From Anthoceros angustus (lineage: Eukaryota > Plantae > Anthocerotophyta): a stretch of DNA of 64,000 nucleotides. The notes under the pieces are model-generated. The model saw only the letters and a program-made list of their open reading frames with translations. It did not search any database and had not been told where the DNA came from. The position numbers were made by a program, and so were the translations under genes. This document shows, one piece after another, positions 12,276-23,442 of the stretch (position 1 is its first letter; every line of letters starts with the position of its first letter). The stretch covers positions 372,001 to 436,000 of the forward strand of contig MU008166.1 in NCBI GenBank assembly GCA_010909165.1, read 5' to 3'.

Positions 12276-14500
12276 ATGAACGGGCGGGCGGAGGAAGGAA
12301 ACCAGCGTAGCGAAGGAGGAAAAGAGACGCTGAGGCAAGAGCGCCAGAAAGGGAAGTGGAGGAGACGCGAGGGTGGTGTCCCTTTTCTCACCGCTGCAGG
12401 GAGGTTTTCTCAAGAAACAAGGAGAAAGGGAGATGGCGCCCGAGTGCGGCCGAAATCACTCAAAGGGCCCAACATGGACCATCGGAAGGTGAGAGCGGGC
12501 CGTGTGAGCTGGTCCGAATTTATGGAGAAGAAATGGTGTTACGACACAAAGATTGGTGCAAGAGTGCGCCCAATTGAGAACCAAGTTGCAAGAGGGAGAC
12601 GCGAGGAAGAGGCCGCAAACTGGATTTGGGACTCTTTCGAAAAGTATGGGCGAAGCATCGAGGATGGAAGCTTGGTAATTGATCCCCGGAGAAAGAAGAC
12701 CCCGAGCCGCAACCGCGCTCATGAAGCCCGGAGAAGTGAGAGTGAACAATGGATGGGTGACTCGCCAACTCGTTCGGCACCGTGGGATTAGCCAAGTGGA
12801 TTTTGTGTTTCGCAATCGAAGTTGATCATATGGCGCACACTCCGGTCTTTCTTCATGAGGTGGTTAAAGGTACACAAATCGATTGGGGCGGATGATCTTT
12901 GAAAGAGCCTGTGGAGAGGGCGAATTTGCTCTCCCTTCCCTCGGCCCTCCTTGATTTCAATTTTCTAATTCATGTATTCGGCATTCCGGTGTCTAACGGA
13001 GTTGAAGTCGTTCCTTCATAGCCGGAAACCGCCGTGGAACCCAAGGTAGAGGAGGAGGAGTGTAAGGAGGATTCCGGAAGGATTCCAGCTGGGAATGCGC
13101 CCCTAGAAGATCTTGGATGAAGGTGGGGAGGTTTCCAAGGGCAAGAAGCGGAGGCGGCGGTGAGCAGGGGTCGGCGAAGAAGGAAGGATACCAGAAGAAG
13201 AGGAACCCACAACACCTAGGGTCACCAGTCGAAATCGGCAGGAACGCGAGTGAAGGAGGAGAAAATAAAAAAAAGTTGTTCCCCTCTCGTGGGAGGAGTC
13301 GCCGCTAGGAGAGATTGGAGCGATGAGGAAGTAGTGGCAAACCAACCCCTAGAAGAAGAGGGGTTAGTTTCGGTAGCCAAATCCGCGACGGAGCTCCGGA
13401 ACATTTTTGGCGACATTTCACTGACCCGTCCGGCTCAAGTGGAGAGTGACACCGTGCAGAATTGTTGTGGAAGGAATGGGCACGGGCAGCCCAATTCGGG
13501 AATCTGCAGGCCCTGACTTCGGCCATGGCTCAGACGCAGGCGGATCTCCTCGACTGCCCATGGCTCTCACCTGGCTGAGTGTGCAGGGCCAACAGGAAAA
13601 GTTGCTCAAGGAGAAGTTGGAGAGCCTGGGCGAGAACAAGGTGGCGGAGGCCTTGAGGCAGGGGTCTGGCGGCCCTATGCAAGGCACGAGGCGGCTAAGG
13701 CCATGTCCACCCAGGAGGCCTTAGTGAATCGAGGTCAAGGCGCATGCCACAATCGAGGAGCTTCAAGATGAGGTCTCATGAGCCCAGAACAAATGGAAAC
13801 AATGGCGCCTGGAGAAATTCAAGAAGTGGCGGAGAGATATAGCGAGAGAGAGATGAAGCTAGGGCGAGTCAAGAGAGAGGTGGCCAAACCAAGAAGGCGA
13901 GCCACGGCCGCGATGGCAAGCCACCACCGTGGAAACTACCACCACGGTGGCTAAACCACCGGGCGGAAGGAGGCAGGTGGGGAAGTCCGCAGGAGGCAGT
14001 GGGGATCGATCCCCATTCGGGAAGGCGGCCCGGATTGTCCACGGGAGGAGAGGTAAGAACCTCTGTGGCCCAAGGAGTCTGTGTGTGCCTGCGTCTGGAT
14101 GAGGATGCTCATGTCACAGCCACGCATGGTGGCGGTGCTCACTCTAAATGTGTATGTGGTTGTTGGGGCGGAGGCGAAACTATTGGCTGCACATCTTGGC
14201 CGCCACAGGCGTTTACGATGGTTCTTCGAGCAGGGCGGGGCCTACCCCAAGTGGTGATCGAGGAAATGGCGGCCAGGCAGGCGTGGAGGGAGGAGCACAC
14301 GGTGTGGCTGTCCGGCGATGAGGAGGCGGAATAACGAGGCATAGGGCCTATAGGCAGCCGCGCCCATGGGAAGGCGCGAAGCTGCGTGGCAGTGGAGGTT
14401 TTGGGGAGAATCGCTCGGATCGGGCGTGGCGGAGGCGGGCGGCAGGAACCCCAGGCTAAGCGACAGCAGACCCAGCGATTTTAGGGGCGCGACATCATAG
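12276..14500 (+). pseudogene. Frameshifted ORF of family A (plant-retroelement accessory ORF-like domain plus a charged tail)
   Basis: Conserved across copies: GPNMDHRKVRAG..FMEKKWCY, NNGWVTRQL, VFLHEVVKGTQIDWGRMIF, then E/K/R-rich QQEKLLKEKLES. Confidence 0.6.
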
Positions 14501-14959
14501 GCGGAGGCTTCTTTTGGGGTAGGGGATAGGATGTTTTGAGGACCGTGGGCTGTAGTTCTGAATTGGTAGGGCGCTCGTGGTAGTGGGCCATATTTTCTGA
14601 ACCTTTGGTAGGAGTGTGGAAATCCACGGTGAATGTATAAGAGACCCTTGAGAGTCTCTCTTAGCAGACAATTTGGTGTGAACTTCCGTGTGTTGAAGCT
14701 ATGCGAGGTTGGTTGGAGCGTCGATCGGCATCAAACTCGTTCGATGCACCGCCTTCTCGTCACAAGAAGGCGGGAAGATCCTGGATGGTCGAGGCGGAGT
14801 GGCCAAGCTCCACGGGGTGTGGAAGGTGGCGGGAAAAAAGGTAGGAATTGCAGCGGAAGGTTGAGGCGGAGTGGCCAAGGAGGTCTGTGGCCCAAGGGGT
14901 TTTCTTTCTGATCCTCTTTCCCAACCGCCACCAGCGTGTTTTATTCCATGAGAGAGTGC

Positions 14960-15250
14960 ATGTGGCCCAAGGAGTGTGGCCCAGGAGGGGTGTGTGGCCC
15001 AAGGAGGGGTCTGTGGCCAAGGAGGAGTGCATGTGGCCCAAGGAGGGTCTGTGTGGCCCAGGAGGTGCTGTGGCCCGAGGGTGGAGGAGGGGTGTGTGGC
15101 CCAGGAGGTGCTGTGGCCCAAGGAGGGGTCATGTGGCCCAGGAGGGGTGTGTGGCCCAAGGAGGGGTCTGTGGCCCAGGAGGTCTGTGTGTGGCCCAAGG
15201 AGGGGTCAGGGCCCAAGGAGGGGTCTGTGTGGAGGAGGGTCTGTGGCCGT
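14960..15250. repeat. ~19-21-bp G-rich minisatellite TGTGGCCCAAGGAGGGGTC; a second block lies at 16322-16490
   Basis: About 14 near-identical units. Only 2-3 units occur at the equivalent position in copies 2 and 3. Confidence 0.9.
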
Positions 15251-16489
15251 GAGGAGAGAGTTCATTAGGGAGGAAAGGTTCTCGAAAGGGTGGATGAGTC
15301 TGTGTGGAAGGAGGAACCGAGGTGGGGAGGAAATCGAATCGTGGGGAGTGGAAGTGTGCGGTGGAATCGCGGAAATTCTTGGAAGTGAAGTGAGGTGTAT
15401 ATAGGTGTTTGTATGTCCATAGCCCCCAAGGTCTGCGTCAGAAGCCGGTGACAAATAGACCCCATGACAGGCGGTGGTGGGACCCACCACGGTGGCTAAA
15501 CCGCCACCAGTGGTGGCAGTCTAGTGGTGGGTTTGGGGTAGGGTAGGTGGATAAGGTGGGGTAGCGGCGGGGTAAGTCTAGAATCCATAGATTCGAACAC
15601 CTTGACACAAAACCATTCCCTTGGGATCGAATCCTGGGACTATAACGACATAGAGGGTAAATGTGGCCTCTTTGCGTCTTGGATGCAAAAACCATTCCAG
15701 AAACAACGCTTATAACCTCATGTTCATCATGGGCTTTCCAAGTCTTGCTCTAAGTCTTGTCAAATTGATTAAGGTCTTGATCATCGTCTTTGTGAACTCT
15801 AACGTCCTTGGATTATGTCGGCAATCAATGTTCTTCCTTCCATAGAATTTTTGTGATTAGTAGATTTGGGACAAGTTGGCCTCGGCGTCTCTGAAATCTA
15901 ATAAAAACTCGACAACTTGCTGAACACCCATTGATGTTGGTGTATTGACAAGTGTGATAGTGAACCAAGCGGTAATTCGAATGAGGCACCTATTGTACCT
16001 GTGTTATCGCTAGCCATTGCATTCCAAAAACTTCACCTCCATGGCTCAAGCTTGTGAATCGAGGGCTCCTCAACTTGAAAGATGGGCGCATATTCAGGTG
16101 GTATACTAAAGAGGTTGTTCAAGGAATGTGACCATCTTGGTCCGAGGTAGGGTGGTCATCACTTGTCTCACCCGGGATATGTAGATCTGGTAATAAGGAA
16201 GACCTTGGGGGGCGGCCTCACTACTATTGAGGAGGACTGTTCAAATTTATCTTCAAAGTTAGTTTCTATATCTTGGGTGACATAGTTTGATTCTGCATAC
16301 GAACCATTTCCTAAAGCGTGGGGAGGGTCTGTGGCCCAAGGAGTCTGTGTGGCCCAAGGAGGGGTCATGTGGCCCAAGGAGGTCTGTGGCCCAAGGAGTC
16401 TGTGTGAGGAGGGTCTGTGGCCCAAGGAGGTCTGTGGGGAGGAAAGGCGGGACAACCGTGGAGGAGGGGTCATGTGGCCCAAGGAGGTC

Positions 16490-16881
16490 TGTGGAATGGG
16501 TTTTGCATCCGACGCAAAGTACATTTACCCTCTATGTCGTTATAGTCCTAGGATTCGATCCCAAGGGAATGGTGTTGTGTCAAGGTGTGCTAAATCTATG
16601 GATTCTAGACCTACCCGTCGCTCACTACCCCACCTTCTCCGCTACCACCCAAACCCACCACGGTGGTGGGACCCACCACGGTGGTGGGACCCACCACGGT
16701 GGTGGGTTTGGGTAGGGTAGGTGGATAAGGTGGGGTAGTGAGCGGAGGTAAGTCTAGAATCCATAGATTCGAACACCTTGACACAAAACCATTCCCTTGG
16801 GATCGAATCCTAGGACTATAACGACATAGAGGGTAAATGTGGCCTCTTTGCGTCTTCGGATGCAAAAAAACCCATTCCACA
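16490..16881. repeat. ~390-bp inverted repeat formed by two family-A ends joined back to back
   Basis: TGTGGAATGGGTTTTGCATCC at the left and GGATGCAAAAAAACCCATTCCACA at the right, centred on three CCACCACGGTGGTGG units. Confidence 0.85.
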
Positions 16882-16886
16882 CACAT

Positions 16887-17231
16887 CTAGAGGATAAGCT
16901 ATGATCTGAGCTTGTCCTCTGTGAAAGGGTCTATATATATTTAAGCTCTTAGTATCGGCATATTCCTAAGATATCCTATTGGCATCAGCATATGTCAGAA
17001 ATATCCTAAGAATACATTATAATATGCAAAGAATATGATAAATCATATTACTTGTGCTTATCCACTTAGTTATTGCTAACCATATTTAATTAACATTGAT
17101 CAATGCTGAATTAACGTAAGCATTTTAGATTAATTAATACTAATTACTTACTTAAAGATAAGTTATTAGATTAATTAATACTAATCAAACACTAAACCCA
17201 AGTGCAGAGATTAGTGTCACACGGCATGACA
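16887..17231 (-). mobile_element. Upstream part of the gypsy 5' LTR
   Basis: The minus strand begins TGTCATGCCG at 17231, exactly where CRE RT homology resumes. TATA-like AAATATATATAG near 16935. Confidence 0.6.
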
Positions 17232-17612
17232 TACCAGGCAAGGCGACACTCTGGCCAGTGCCCTCTTTGCCATCGTCCACTACAAGGCCCTTTTCAAGGC
17301 CGCTTTCTCTACGCACGACTGTGTCTGCCCGTCGTTGGCAGACGGCTCTCACATCCTTGGGCCTAGGGACAAGGTCAAGGAGGCCTTTCAGCTCTTATCC
17401 CATGAGCTTTCTTTGTTGGCTTGAAGGTCAAGCTCTCCAAGTACCGCGTCTGGTCCCTGCCGGGTATCCTCCCCACTTTGCAATTCCCTGTTGAGGAGAT
17501 TGCTTTGGCCTTGGGTCTATGGATTTTAGGGGTCCCTTTCGGCTCCCTTGACTTCACCGAGAGCTTCCTGGACTAAGCTCTCGCGGAGGACCTATCCCAT
17601 ATCGAGGACCTC
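17232..17612 (+). mobile_element. CRE-like reverse transcriptase domains 4-7, degenerate
   Basis: TRQGDTLASALFAIVHY, CPSLADGSHILGP (LADD mutated to LADG) and GLWILGVPFGSLDF. Confidence 0.8.
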
Positions 17613-20600
17613 TGTGGAATGGGTTTTTGCATCCGAAGACGCAAAGAGGCCACATTTACCCTCTATGTCGTTATAGTCCTAGGATTCGATCCCAAGGGAA
17701 TGGTGTTGTGTCAAGGTGTTCTGAATCTATGGATTCTAGACCTACCCGTCGCTCACTACCCCACCTTCTCCACCACCTGCCCAAACCCACCATAGTAGAC
17801 TCGGCCACCCGCGTGGCGTTCACATGGCGGGCCCCACAGCCGCCCGCCTTGGAGTCTATTCACACTTCTCTAACCTGGACCTATGGGCATCGGACACCTA
17901 TATACCTCACTTTACTTAGAATTTGCGATTCCACCGCTTCCACTCCTCACGCGTTTCCGATTTTCCCTCACACACTCTCACAATCCCTCCCGGTAGCACT
18001 CATCTCGGAACCTTTCCCCTTCCAATGAACTCTCCCTCGTCTCACGGGCCACAGACCCCTCCTCCTTGGGCCACAGACCCCTCCTTGGGCCACAGACCCC
18101 TCTCTCATGGAATGAACACACAGTGGCAGCGGTTGGAAAGAGGATCGGAAGAAAACCCGGTCGGTGCTTGGGCGATTCGCCTTCCGGATTCCTCGGCGTG
18201 GCAATTCCTACCTCTTTTTCGGTAGCCGGCCTTCCGTTACCCAGGCGTGGAGCTTGGCCACTCCGCTCTCGACCATCCGAGATCTTCCGGCCTTCTTGTG
18301 ACGAAGGCGGTCGCCCCGTTTGATCTTGACGGGCGTCTCCAATCAACCCCACGAAGGTTCGATACGGAAGTTCACACGAAATCGTCTTTGAGAGACACCC
18401 AAAGGGTCTCTTATACATCTGGTGTGGTCCAACAGACTCACTTCTCTTTAGTGTCTAAAATTGTAGCTCCTACCACGGCGCCCTTACCAATCTAAGCAAC
18501 CAGACTCTGGTGATGGAACTCCCTATCCTCCTACGAAAAACCCGGTCCTAGGCTATCGCGACTCCCCTAAAATCGGCCGCCTCCGCGATTCTTTGCCTCG
18601 CCCCTCGGCCCATGGGGACCCCTCTCGCTCTTGACCTCGCCTCGATCCGGCGATTTTCCCCACAACCTCCACCTCACTCTCCTTTGAGTTTCCCTCGCGC
18701 CTTCCAGCGGACGTTGCGCCTGTGACCTCTATGTCCATTGTCCGCTCCTCCTCATTTGGACAACCATCTGTGCTCCTCCTCCATGCTCGGCCGCCTCGCT
18801 CATCTCTTCCGGCACCACTTGCGGAGGATAGGCGCCCGCTCCTACTCGAAGGAACCCAGTAGCGCTGGCGGTCAAGATGTCTGACCCGGTGGTTTACGCC
18901 CCTCTGTCCCAACAACCACATACGTTTAGGTGAGCACCGCTCACCATGCGAGAAGCGGGGACATGAGCATCCTCATCCGGGCCCGTAGCACTGTCGCCCC
19001 TTGATACGGTCCTTACCCTCTCCTCCGTGGACAATCCTGGGCGGTGCTGTTGATTCTCCGGGGATCATCCCTCCATCTGCGACACTCCATCGGTGACTTC
19101 CCCACCTCGGTTCCCGTTCCACGGTGGCTGGTTTAGCCACCGTGGTGGTTCTTCCCAGTGGTTGCTTGCTCTGCGGTGTTGCTCGGCCTTCTTGGTTTGG
19201 CCACCTCTCTCTTGACTCGGCCCTAGCCGTCTCTTTCCGCTTGTACCTCTCATGACTTCTTGAATTTCTCCAAGGCGCCTTCCAGCGGACGTTGCCTTTG
19301 TGACCTCTATGTCCATTGTCCGCTCCTCCTCATTTGGACAACCATCGTGTGCTCCTCCCTCCATGCTCGGCTGCGCCTCGCTCATCTCTTCCGGCACCAC
19401 TTGCGGAGGATAGGCGCCCGCTCCTACTCGAAGGAACCCAGTAGCGCTGGCGGTCAAGATGTCTGACCCGGTGGTTTACGCCCCTCTGTCCCAACAACCA
19501 CATACGTTTAGGTGAGCACCGCTCACCATGCGAGAAGCGGGGACATGAGCATCCTCATCCGGGCCCGTAGCACTGTCGCCCCTTGATACGGTCCTTACCC
19601 TCTCCTCCGTGGACAATCCTGGGCGGTGCTGTTGATTCTCCGGGGATCATCCCTCCATCTGCGACACTCCATCGGTGACTTCCCCACCTCGGTTCCCGTT
19701 CCACGGTGGCTGGTTTAGCCACCGTGGTGGTTCTTCCCAGTGGTTGCTTGCTCTGCGGTGTTGCTCGGCCTTTCTTGGTTTGGCCACCTCTCTCTTGACT
19801 CGGCCCTAGCCGTCTCTTTCCGCTTGTACCTCTCATGACTTCTTGAATTTCTCCAAGGCGCCTTCCAGCGGACGTTGCCTTTGTGACCTCTATGTCCATT
19901 GTCCGCTCCTCCTCATTTGGACAACCATCGTGTGCTCCTCCCTCCATGCTCGGCTGCGCCTCGCTCATCTCTTCCGGCACCACTTGCGGAGGATAGGCGC
20001 CCGCTCCTACTCGAAGGAACCCAGTAGCGCTGTGGCGGTCAAGATGTCTGGTGGTTTACGCCCCTCTGTCCCAACAACCACATACGTTTAGGTGAGCACC
20101 GCTCACCATGCGAAGCGAGGACATGAGCATCCTCATCCGGACGCCCGTAACTGTCGCCCCGTCTGAGGTCCTTACCCTCTCCTCCCGTGGACAATCACGG
20201 GCGTGCTGTTGATTCTCCGGGATCATCCCTCCATCTGCGACACTCCATCGGTGACTTCCCCACCTCGGTTCCACGGCGGTGGCTGGTTTAGCCACCGTGG
20301 TGGTTCTTCCCAGTGGTTGCTTGGCTCTGCGGTGGGCATTGCTCGGCCTTTCTTGGTTTGGCCACCTCTCTCTTGACTCGGCCCTAACCGTCTCTTTCCG
20401 CTTGTACCTCTTGACTTCTTGAATTTCTCCAAGGCGCCATCGCTTCCACACTCCTGGACTCGAGACCTCATCTTGAAGCTCTTCAATTGTAGCATCGCCC
20501 CTTGACTGATTTACTAAGGCCTCCTGAGTGGACATGTCCCTTAAGCGCTCCTGTGCCTTGCATAAGGCCGCACTCCGTCTGCGCTCCTCGGCCGCCTTGC

Positions 20601-22956
20601 TCTCGCCTTCAGGCTTTCCAACTTCTCCTTGAGCAACTTCTCCTGTTGGCCTTGCACACTCGGCCGGTGAGAGCCATGGGCGCTTGATCGAGGAGATCCG
20701 CTGCGTCATGCCATGGCGAAGTCAAACCACCGCAAATCCCAAATTGGGCTGTCCCTTTGCCCATCCGCCTCCACAACAATTCTGTCACGGCGGTGGCTGG
20801 TTTAGCCACCGTGGTGGTTCCACGGTGGTTGCTTGGCTCTGCGGTGGGCGCTCGGCCTTTCTTGGTTTGGCCACCTCTCTCTTGACTCGGCTAACCGTCT
20901 CTTTCCTTGTACCTCTCATGACTTCTTGAATTTCTCCAAGGCGCCATCGCTTCCTGCTCCTGGACTCGCGAGACCTCATCTTGAAGCTCTTCAATTTGTC
21001 GCCCCTTGACTGATTTACTAAGGCCTCTGGAGTGGACATGTCCCTTGCTCCTGTGCCTTGCATAAGGCCGCACTCCGTCTGCGCTCCTCGGCCGCCTTGC
21101 TCTCGCCTTCGGGCTTTCCAACTTCTCCTTGAGCAACTTCTCCTGTTGGCCTTGCACACTCGGCCGGTGAGAGCCATGGGCTTGATCGAGGAGATCACTG
21201 CGTCGTGCCATGGCGAAGTCAAACCACCGCAAATCCCAAATTGGGCTGTCCCTTTGCCCATCCGCCTCCACAACAATTCTCGTATGCGAGCGGTGTCTCC
21301 TATCCCCACCTCAGCCGGACGGTTCAGTGAAATGTCGCCAAAAATGTCCCGGAGCTCCGTTGCGGTCTCGGCCGCTGAAGTTAACCCCTCCTCTCCTAGG
21401 GGTTGATGCCTTGCCTCTTCCCCGCTCCATTCTCCCCTAGCGGCGATTCATCCCCCACACAGGAGGAGCAACTTGCCATTTCCTTTATTTTCTCCTCCTT
21501 TACCGCGTTCTGCTTGCGTCTTGACACAGGTGTGGTGTGGGTTCCTCCTCTGCTGGTGTCCTCCCTTTTCGACCCCGTTAGTCGCCGCCCTTCTTACCCT
21601 TGGAAACTTCCCACCCTCTTAGAACCTTCGAGGCACTCCCAGCTGGAATCCTTGCAGAATCCTCCTTAAATTCCTCCTCTTCTACTTGAGTTCACGCCCG
21701 GCTTCCAACCATGCGGGCGGACCACGACTTCAACTCGTTAAACACCGGAATGCGCAAATACATGAATCGGAAAAGGCGAAATCAAGGAGGGCCGAGGAAG
21801 GAAATCGCCTTCTCCTCACAGGCTCTTTGAAAATCATCCTTCCCCAATCAATTTGTGTACCCTTGACCACCTCGTGAAGAAAAACCAAGAAGTGATCCGC
21901 CATATGATCCGACTTCCGGTTACAGGAAACACAAAATCCATTTGGCCAATCCACAGTGCAGAACACGAGTTGGCGAGTCACCCATTATTCACTCTCACTT
22001 CCCGGGCTTCATGGTAGCGGCTGCAGCTCTCAAGGTCTTCTTTATTTGGGGTCAATCACCAAGCTCCCATCTTGATGCTTCGCCCATATGCTTGCTCGAA
22101 GAGGCCAAATCCAGATTCTGCGGCCTTTTCCTCGCGTCACCCTCTTGCGACTTGGTCCTTAATTGCGGGCGCACTCTTGCACCAATGCGGTACGTAGCAC
22201 CATTTCTTCTCCATGAACTTGAGGCTCTGCGCAGTGCCGGCTCTCACTTTCCGATGGTCCATGTTGGGCCCTGCGTGAGTGAGATTTGACGCGGCTCGGC
22301 GCCATCTCCTTCTCTCGTTGTTTCCCAAAACAAAACCTCGACTACCCTGCAGTGAGTGGAAGAAAAAAATCGAGCGCCGCCTCGCGCGCCTTCCACGCCT
22401 CCTCGCGAACTTGCGGCGCCGATTTCTCTCCTCCGCCGCCGCCGCTCTGTCACGATCGTCGCGCCTTCCTCCTGCAGTGAGGCGAGATTTGGCTGGCGTC
22501 GTTGCGCCCCTCTTCTGGACTCCGCTCGCCCCTCACGGAAATCGCGACCTCATGATCTTGGGTGTGCCCTTCTCCCGATTGCTCCGGTAGTCCCGCTCCG
22601 CCACTAGGGTTGTAAATTCCCCACAGTGCATGCGTCCGTTTCGGCCACCGTGGTGGAACTAGCCACCACCCCTTGACTACTCAAGCGTGGCATATTGTGA
22701 GCATCCCTAGCATATATAGACACCTTTTATTCTAAAATTCCCAATACCCAAGGACTCTATTTCTACCCACCCCTCGGGGTCAAACCTAAGGGTCGAAAAA
22801 TTATTATTATCTCCAAGGGCCAAGGACCATTCCGTATAAAAGACACGACTCGAGATGATTCTCAAAGCACTTTGCTATTCTAACACATCCAAAACAAAAA
22901 AAAATCGTTCATCCTGACACTTGGGAGCGGGGTTAGTGCACATGTGGTCTTCCACA
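17613..22956 (-). mobile_element. Family A TG...CA element copy 2, inserted in the CRE RT
   Basis: TGTGGAA at 17613 and TTCCACA ending 22956. TSD ACCTC at 17608-17612 and 22957-22961. Contains a ~580-bp triplication (18698-20435) and a ~500-bp duplication. Degenerate ORF on the minus strand. Confidence 0.9.
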
Positions 22957-23442
22957 ACCTCCCTCTCCTGGGGGATGCTCAGGTAGCCTTTGGTTCGCTA
23001 GGCACCCTAGTTACCTTATCCGCATGCTCCTCCTGTCTCTAGTTCTCCTGTATCGACTACAGGGGTTTGACATGAAGATAACGGATACTCTTAGGGACAT
23101 CATGGGCCTAGTCGCTTTCAAGTGCCATGTGGGCGATTTGGCCCGCTGGCAAGCGTCCATGCCAGTGTAGTTTGGGGGCATCGGCCTACTCTCACTGGAG
23201 GTTTCATCCCTGGCGGCTTTTTTAGGCAGCTGGGCCCTATCACCTCCTGATGTGGCCTTTCGCTTCATCCTCCAGGACAGGGCCTTTGTGGAGAATCTTG
23301 TGTTTAGTGTGGAGGACGAAACCTTTCCTCTCCAAATTTCCTTAAGCCACGCTAGGGAAATGCTTTCTACGGATGCTCGGTGGGAATTTCCTCCTTTCTT
23401 GACGTTCATCTCCGATGGTTTCGAGGGGTTGCGAGCATTGTT
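22957..23442 (+). mobile_element. CRE-like element continuation (post-RT/thumb region)
   Basis: LPLLGDAQVAFG, RHPSYLIR, FDMKITDTLRDIMG and ARWQASMPV*FGGIGLLSLEVSSLAAFLGSWAL. Continues from 17612 across the TSD. Confidence 0.8.

Larger units (their letters stand above)
9946..16881 (+). mobile_element. TG...CA element (solo-LTR-like), family A copy 1, with internal duplications
   Basis: Starts TGTGGAAGACC and ends CCATTCCACA (7-bp IR TGTGGAA/TTCCACA). 5-bp TSD CACAT at 9941-9945 and 16882-16886. Internal duplication ~10110-11828 versus 11829-13570. Confidence 0.85.

Noticed and set aside
14633-15404. Several overlapping ORFs with repetitive peptides
   Set aside because: They are translations of the minisatellite.
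15701-16320. Possible internal domain between two LTRs
   Set aside because: No PBS, PPT or pol motifs, and it is absent from the duplicate segment.
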